Shown here piece by piece: positions 59,032 through 64,000 of a DNA stretch of 64,000 nt. This stretch comes from Candidatus Poriferisocius sp. (GTDB taxonomy: Bacteria > Actinomycetota > Acidimicrobiia > Acidimicrobiales > Bin134): positions 1,866,413-1,930,412 of the forward strand of contig NZ_OZ244791.1 of the NCBI RefSeq assembly GCF_965219815.1, in the 5' to 3' direction. A program made the position numbers and the translations under genes. The notes under the pieces are model-generated. The model saw nothing but the letters and a program-made list of their open reading frames with translations. It searched no databases and was not told where the DNA came from. Position 1 is the stretch's first letter. Each line of letters begins with the position of its first letter.

Positions 59032-60273
59032 TCAGTTTCGGAGCAAAGGGTTGCGCTGGAGTGGTCGAGTTGTATCAATACCAGTGTCGGGGAAGGGGTC
59101 GGGCGGCGGGTGGGTTTTCCAGCGTTTGGCGTCGGGGTCGTGGGCGACCTGGTAGTTGTCGTCGTGGATGCTGTGGTGGCACTTGTTGCACACCAACACG
59201 AGGTTGCCGAAGTCGGTGGGTCCGCCATGGCGCCAGAATTGGACGTGGTGGGCAAAGCTCCGGTTGGCGCTGGCGCCACAGCCGATGCACTCCCTGTCCC
59301 GGTAGATCAGCGCAGCCCGCTGGGCTTCGCTGGCGGTGCGCCGCCGGCGTCCTAGGTTCATTTCCTGGGTGGCGGCCCGGTACACGCCGGGCAGAATCTC
59401 GGCGTCGCAGGCCAGGCGAACCAGTTCGCACATCGGGATGGGGGTGCCGTCGGCCAGGCGGGCGTTGACTAGCTCTTGGTTGACGGCGTCGTAGTCAGCC
59501 ACCACCATCAGCGCCGTGCCTTGGGCCTTGCCCTTCTCGGGCTCGAGGATCAGTTCGGCAATGGCGTCGGCCATGCGCTGCTGAGGTGTGCGCCGGTCGC
59601 GGGGATCTTCTTGATTCCACAGTTCCTTCTCCTTTGCGGCCAGCACCGTGTCGATCTTGGCGCCGGTGATGGGATCGAACTCCCCTGACAACAGGTACAT
59701 GCCGGTCTCTCGGCTCGAAAAAGCCCTTCCGGTGCGATTCTTGCGTTGCCGGTCGTAGATGGACTGCCCATCGTCGTCGGACTGCTCCTGCTGATGGGTG
59801 CGCAACGTCTTGGCGAATTGGTCATAACCCTGGCGCTTGGCCGCGTCGACCAAGAAGGACTGATCGATCGGCCCCTCAGAAGCGGCCCGGGCAATCAACT
59901 GGGCATGCCCCACCGGGATTTCTCCCGAAGACAAGGCCTCCGAAGTCTCCGAGAGAACCGTCAGTCGCTCAGCAGCCTCCACATCGCGCTGGGCACCCCG
60001 TCTAGACGCCTGCAACTCCTCGCGGGCCACCCTCTCCGCGGCCACCGCATTCTCACGGCGGCTCAGCTCAGCCAGAACCTGAGACTTCATCGCCCCCAGC
60101 TTCGACTCAGCCCGCCCGATCTCTCTCAGGCGCCCACGCAACCCATCCCCCGAAAGCCCAGCCACATCAACAGCAGCCACACTCACCCCGCCCGAAAGGC
60201 ACGCTCCCATAGGAGAACCGCCCCCGTCGCCATCGGTGATAGCCCTGAATTCCATAGCCGTCACCCTACCCAC
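59032..60273 (-). CDS. DUF222 domain / HNH endonuclease protein (REP13E12-like)
   Basis: 413 aa. The C-terminal HNH is DRECIGCGASANRSFAHHVQFWRHGGPTDFGNLVLVCNKCHHSIHD. The N-terminal helical DUF222-like region is typical of actinobacterial 13E12-type genes. Confidence 0.8.
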   Translation of the reverse strand: MGRVTAMEFRAITDGDGGGSPMGACLSGGVSVAAVDVAGLSGDGLRGRLREIGRAESKLGAMKSQVLAELSRRENAVAAERVAREELQASRRGAQRDVEAAERLTVLSETSEALSSGEIPVGHAQLIARAASEGPIDQSFLVDAAKRQGYDQFAKTLRTHQQEQSDDDGQSIYDRQRKNRTGRAFSSRETGMYLLSGEFDPITGAKIDTVLAAKEKELWNQEDPRDRRTPQQRMADAIAELILEPEKGKAQGTALMVVADYDAVNQELVNARLADGTPIPMCELVRLACDAEILPGVYRAATQEMNLGRRRRTASEAQRAALIYRDRECIGCGASANRSFAHHVQFWRHGGPTDFGNLVLVCNKCHHSIHDDNYQVAHDPDAKRWKTHPPPDPFPDTGIDTTRPLQRNPLLRN

Positions 60274-60380
60274 GACCAGTGACAGTTACCCCCCGAAAAA
60301 CCCACCCTGACCAGGAAAAATCTCCGACTTTTTCAAAAATTACGAGTATTCTCAGAACCCATGTCAGAGACGGTCGGCCG

Positions 60381-60929
60381 ATGCTGAGAGTCGTGGCGCT
60401 AGGGGCGATTTGCGAGGCGAAAGGGGACGAATCCGTGAGGTACGCCGACCAGCCGGTCCCTCCGTTGCCCGTAGATGACCCGCAACCCATGCCATACCAT
60501 CCGGAGCTTCCAATTGTGGAAGAGCCTGACGGGCCGAAACCGTTTGCGCTCAACTTCAGTCTGACTGAGTTCGCAGATCTGAGTGATGGCCAGCGAGTCG
60601 TCCTGAGCGACGACCGCGGGTTTGGCAGCACTCTTCATGCGGTTGACTGGAACCCCGAAACTGGCGAGGTGCGCGGTGCATCCTGGCACGAAGGATCCGA
60701 GCTTGAAGCCTTGGTGAGCGACCCGTGGCGGTTCACCACTCGGGAGAGCCTCACTAAATCGGTGATCGGAGCTCTCGATCCAGAAGACGATCAGGAGTGG
60801 TACCACTGGGTCGTCGAACGGCTGGACTCCCTGGGCTTCGAAGTCGATCCCGCATCCGTGGAGGCAGCGCCCTACCGGGTTGAATTCGGAAGCCGAGTCC
60901 TAGAAGAACTGGAGAAGAGGGGCCGTTAG
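60381..60929 (+). CDS. orphan hypothetical protein
   Basis: I prefer the ATG at 60381 (MLRVVALGAICEAKG...) over the GTG at 60279, which abuts the divergent HNH start. 182 aa, acidic, no family recognised. Confidence 0.45.
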   Translation: MLRVVALGAICEAKGDESVRYADQPVPPLPVDDPQPMPYHPELPIVEEPDGPKPFALNFSLTEFADLSDGQRVVLSDDRGFGSTLHAVDWNPETGEVRGASWHEGSELEALVSDPWRFTTRESLTKSVIGALDPEDDQEWYHWVVERLDSLGFEVDPASVEAAPYRVEFGSRVLEELEKRGR

Positions 60930-61023
60930 CTGTTCGGCGTGGCTGGGTGGACGAAGACATGGCAGCAGCAGTGGGTGTTCAAAAGATGAACAAAGTGTCG
61001 CTGTGGTGCTTACGCTCTTGTGC

Positions 61024-61230
61024 ATGGACGCCACCCAGCTTTCTCATCTTCAGGATGCGCACAATGCTGTAGAAGATTGTGTGTACTGCCCATCTCCTGA
61101 ACAGCTCAAGGCAGCCGAGGAGCGGCTGTTGGAGAAGTGCGGGTTCTCAAGGGAAGAGTTGGAAGAGCAGGCGAGACAGGGCAAGTTCAAGACGGAAGCG
61201 GCCAAGCGCGCCTGGTATTGCCTGCCCTGA
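61024..61230 (+). CDS. orphan small protein
   Basis: 68 aa from the ATG at 61024 (MDATQLSHLQDAHNAVEDCVYCPSPEQLKAAEERLLEKCGF...). Helical and charged, no family recognised. Confidence 0.35.
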   Translation: MDATQLSHLQDAHNAVEDCVYCPSPEQLKAAEERLLEKCGFSREELEEQARQGKFKTEAAKRAWYCLP

Positions 61231-61348
61231 CATGGTCCCACCCCTTCTGAAACGGGTGAGGCAATTCGCCGACAGTTTGACGTGCCTGCTCAATCAGACG
61301 ATTGCCAACGGCATCAGACTGAGCTGAGTGATTGCGTGGCTCGGGCTT

Positions 61349-62373
61349 TCAAAGTGAGGGTGGGAGGCTTTTGACGATTCGGGCTGTTTCGACGGAGACG
61401 GTGATAAGGCGGCGGAGGTGGCGGATGAGGTTGAAGGGCTCGTCGGCCCAGTCGTGCCAACCATTGGGGTCATCGGTGATGCCGGAGGGCTTGTCGAGCT
61501 TGAATCGGAGGCTGTCGATGGCCCAGTCAAGGGGGGTTCGGCCTGACACGGTGTAGTCGTGGGCCTCGTCGGGGATGTCGACGAGTTTGCAGCGGTTGTT
61601 GATTTCCAGCACTGATCGGTTGGTTTCTTTGCCTTCTTTGGCCCAGCGCATCTTCTTTTCGATCCGGTAGGCCGACGGGTCGTCAGCGTCTCCTTCGTCG
61701 GGCTGGCCGTCTACGAGGCAGGGCACTGGGTATTCGTCGACGGTCTCGTAGTTGACGTGCAGGTCCATGAGTGCTCGGCCGGCGGCACGGAATGCTTCGA
61801 AGTCGGGGGCTAGAGGCACCCGGGGGAGGTTGCGCTGCAAGTCGTGCTTGTATCGCTCTCGCCAGTCGGGGGCGTGCATCACCCCGTAGAGATATTCCCA
61901 AATGTCGTCTTTGGTGATGTGATCGCCGTAGTGGGCGTGGAACTGCTCCAGGCACCAGTCGGTGATGTTGTCGTTGTCAGCAGGTCCTGAAGGCAAGTCC
62001 AGGTCGAGTTCAAGGGCTTCGGGCATGTTGCCTCCTCTATTGGGAACGACGGGTCATGACCCGTCCGGCGGGGTCAAGCGCGTGGAGGTCGGGGAGGATA
62101 GAAGTCGCCAGAGCGGCAAACCTCGTACGGTTCGACGGGCTGCTCAAGAGGATTCCTTCGGCATGGCTCTGGACTGTTGTCCTGGTCCCATCAGATGCAG
62201 GTCGGGCAGCGATCGAGTGGCCAGCACTCCGAAGATCGCCATATTCGACGGTCCGGCCATCAGGATCGCCTCCGAGGGATGCACCGGGTTTGACGCCCGG
62301 TGGCGCAGAGGTCGAAGAGCCGATCGGTGGCGATGACGCCGAAGGGGAGCTGTTGGGTGACGTTGAAGAGCAT
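61349..62373 (-). pseudogene. degraded 3' remnant of a type ISP-like restriction-modification (helicase-methyltransferase) gene
   Basis: Intact 225-codon ORF 61349-62026. ITKDDIWEYLYGVMHAPDWRERYKHDLQRNLPRVPLAPDFEAF...LHVNYE matches the C-terminal specificity domain of type ISP enzymes as I remember it. The upstream region 62027-62373 continues the homology only through at least two frame changes and stops. The catalytic methylase/helicase part is absent. Confidence 0.6.
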
Positions 62374-62395
62374 GGGGGGTGTCCCTGTGTTGTTG

Positions 62396-63625
62396 TCAAG
62401 CTGCGGGGGCTAGTTTTTCTGGTTGGTTGGGGGGTGGTTGGTAGGGGGTTTGGGTTTTGAGGATGGCGAGTACGATGTTGCAGCGTTTGCGGGCCAGGGC
62501 GGTGATGGCGGCGTTGTGTTTTTTGCCCTCGGCTCGTTTCTTTTGGTAGTAGGCGCGGGCCCAGGGGTCGTGTTGGGATGCGGTGAAGGCGGCTTGGAAC
62601 ATGGCGTTTTTGAGCCGGTGGTTGCCGTGCCGGTTCTGTCGGGTGGTGTGGCTTCGGCCTGACTGGCGGTCGGTGGGGGCCAGTCCGGCGTAGGAGGCGA
62701 GGCGGGCTGGGTTGTCGAAGCGGTGGGGGTCGGCGATCTCAGCGAGGGTTCGGGCGCCGGTTCGGGGGCCGAACCCGCACATGGTGGACAGGACTTTTCC
62801 CAGGGGGTGGTCCATGAACGCTTGTTCGATCTGTGTTTCGAGCTGGTCGCGGCGCCCGCAGATGCGGTCGAGGTCTGAGGCGAGGTCGGAGATGGCGTCG
62901 CCCCAGGCCGCCTCGGCTGCCACGGTGATGGTCTGGGCGCTCAGCGCTGACCAGATGGCGGCGGCGAGGGTGTCGGCTTTGCGGGGGTTGCGCCGGGCGA
63001 TCGCGGTTCGGATCCGGGCTCTGCCCGCTTTTCGCAGGGCGGCGGGGGTCGGCCAGCGAGACAGCGCTTGGCGCAGCCCGGCGCTTGTTGAGAGCTGGTC
63101 GCCGACGGCCCGCTCCAGGGCGGGGCACACGGCCAAAAGGGCGTCTCTGAGCCGGTTCGCCGCCCGAGTGGCGTCCGCGGCCAGATCGGCGTCTCGGCCG
63201 TTGAGCACCCGCAGGCGCGCCAACAGCTCTCCGGCGGGCTCGGCCCAGCCGAGCCGGTCGGCGTTGCGGCGGGCGTAGTCGGCCAGAACGAACGCGTCCT
63301 TCGGGTCGGACTTGGCCGCCCCCGCGTACAGGTCCGCGGCCCGTCGCATCACCAAACCGGGCACATAGGCCACCGCCGCGCCCCGCCGTGCCGCGGCCTC
63401 CAAAACCAAAGACGCCGCCGACCCCGTCTGGTCGACGACCAGAGCCGCCGGCCCGTGATCGGCGGCCTCATCGATCAGCGCGTCTATGGCCGCCTCGTCG
63501 TTGCGCACCGCCCGGGAGAACAACTCCTCCCCGCCCGCGGTGATCGCGCACGCCCAGTGGTCGCCTTTGGCGATGTCGACGCCGACGAACACCTCGACGG
63601 CGGCGACGCCGGCTGAATCCTCCAT
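62396..63625 (-). CDS. IS110 family transposase (DEDD recombinase)
   Basis: The ATG at 63625 is preceded by AAGGAG. The N-terminus VGVDIAKGDHWACAIT is a DEDD RuvC-like motif. The C-terminal part is GFGPRTGARTLAEIADPHRFDNPARLASYAGLAPTDRQSG (transposase_20 domain). Confidence 0.9.
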   Translation of the reverse strand: MEDSAGVAAVEVFVGVDIAKGDHWACAITAGGEELFSRAVRNDEAAIDALIDEAADHGPAALVVDQTGSAASLVLEAAARRGAAVAYVPGLVMRRAADLYAGAAKSDPKDAFVLADYARRNADRLGWAEPAGELLARLRVLNGRDADLAADATRAANRLRDALLAVCPALERAVGDQLSTSAGLRQALSRWPTPAALRKAGRARIRTAIARRNPRKADTLAAAIWSALSAQTITVAAEAAWGDAISDLASDLDRICGRRDQLETQIEQAFMDHPLGKVLSTMCGFGPRTGARTLAEIADPHRFDNPARLASYAGLAPTDRQSGRSHTTRQNRHGNHRLKNAMFQAAFTASQHDPWARAYYQKKRAEGKKHNAAITALARKRCNIVLAILKTQTPYQPPPNQPEKLAPAA

Positions 63626-63874
63626 GGCTGGACTCCTTGCGTCCGGGAACAAACTGCTCGGAAGCTCCCGGCGCCTTGGCCTCAACCACTTTACAAAGCC
63701 TTGCGGGCCAACCCGCAGACACGTCCCTGTCAGAGGTCCCAGACGCCCCCCGCAGCGGGCGGCACCACCCCCCGAACCGTCAACCGACAGGGGGACAAAG
63801 CCCTACCCGCCACGGCGAGCAACCAGCCCCAACACTCCCACGGCCAGAGCCACCCAACAACGTAAAGGGGGGGT
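63626..63874 (-). ncRNA. candidate IS110 bridge-RNA region (non-coding left end of the element)
   Basis: About 250 nt of non-coding, G+C-rich, hairpin-prone sequence directly upstream of the recombinase gene (for example TGCGGG-CCAA-CCCGCA at 63702-63717). The call is by position only. No covariance evidence is available. Confidence 0.3.
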
Positions 63875-63915
63875 CATTGCTGGGCCATGGTAGTGAACCA
63901 ATGAATCGTCGCGGC

Positions 63916-64000
63916 TAGCCGAATTGCTCGGCTTGCCAGGCTCGGGCGGCTTTGAAGCCCTCGGTTCTTATGATGTGGCCGAATTCTTGGGCGGCGGGGG
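63916..64000 (-). CDS. hypothetical protein, C-terminal 28 codons only (gene enters from the right edge)
   Basis: The minus-strand frame is open from the window end to the TAG at 63918-63916 (...PAAQEFGHIIRTEGFKAARAWQAEQFG*). Too short to identify. Confidence 0.3.

Larger units (their letters stand above)
62374..63874 (-). mobile_element. IS110-family insertion sequence (boundaries approximate)
   Basis: One transposase gene plus about 250 nt of upstream non-coding DNA. No terminal inverted repeats are seen, as expected for IS110. G-runs (GGGGGGT at 62374-62380, GGGGGGGT at 63867-63874) lie near both presumed ends. Confidence 0.55.

Noticed and set aside
62037-62399. 120-aa ORF on the minus strand between the RM fragment and the IS110 transposase.
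   Set aside because: Its N-terminal half is a Ser/Pro-rich string overlapping the transposase stop. Its C-terminal part is simply one frame of the degraded type ISP remnant. I treated it as part of the pseudogene.
63867-63918. Attempt to join the RM remnant across the IS110 element to sequence on the far side, as a simple insertion into an intact gene.
   Set aside because: Reading across the two G-runs gives stops in every frame. The frame entering from the right edge ends with its own TAG at 63916-63918. A clean IS-interrupted gene cannot be reconstructed from this window.

Overview
High-G+C (roughly mid-60s %) actinobacterial-type chromosomal segment, densely coding on both strands: about 65 protein genes, one tRNA, no rRNA and no CRISPR array. 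All calls come from reading the translations and the DNA by eye, with no database searches. Many long ORFs in the supplied track are antisense or out-of-frame artefacts of the high G+C and were not called.

(1) 0.3-21.3 kb is a catabolic and transport supercluster with a GntR regulator in the middle. It holds an ADP-forming acyl-CoA synthetase, a CoxM/S/L-type molybdenum hydroxylase, a UPF0261/Tm-1-like protein, a histidine phosphatase, a BKACE enzyme, a Liv-type ABC transporter with a lipoprotein binding protein, a cyclase, an MDR dehydrogenase, a VOC-like protein, GlcG, an amidohydrolase and a DUF3179 lipoprotein.

(2) 21.3-30.9 kb carries acyl-CoA metabolism genes: AMP-ligase, acyl-CoA dehydrogenase, a second ADP-forming synthetase, cupin, ketopantoate-reductase-like protein, crotonase and a methyltransferase. 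This block is split at 22.9-24.9 kb by a clearly low-G+C three-gene insert.

(3) 31-57 kb is housekeeping: ftsH, CPBP protease, manA, Trm112-like, SIS isomerase, ahcY, mtnA, comF, hpf, secA, prfB, ftsEX, class III ADH, pcm, thpR, mec-cysM, rph-rdgB, tRNA-Leu(TAG), clpP and rpe. A small SDR/Rieske-oxygenase group follows.

(4) 58.6-64 kb is an accessory/mobilome patch: hicAB, a DUF222-HNH gene, orphan genes, a frameshifted remnant of a type ISP restriction-modification enzyme, and an IS110-family element.

The best candidate for something undescribed is the low-G+C cassette at 22.9-24.9 kb. It holds an orphan 307-aa protein translationally coupled to a Gp49/HigB-like toxin, plus an XRE regulator placed convergently with overlapping 3' ends.

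Secondary leads:
- a palindromic operator (TCGATTATCGA) shared by two promoters of the catabolic cluster;
- a candidate C-rich small RNA between cysM and rph;
- the IS110 upstream non-coding region, a bridge-RNA candidate;
- a 21-bp duplication at the ftsX 3' end, where the usual smpB-ssrA synteny is broken;
- the orphan genes in the right-hand island.
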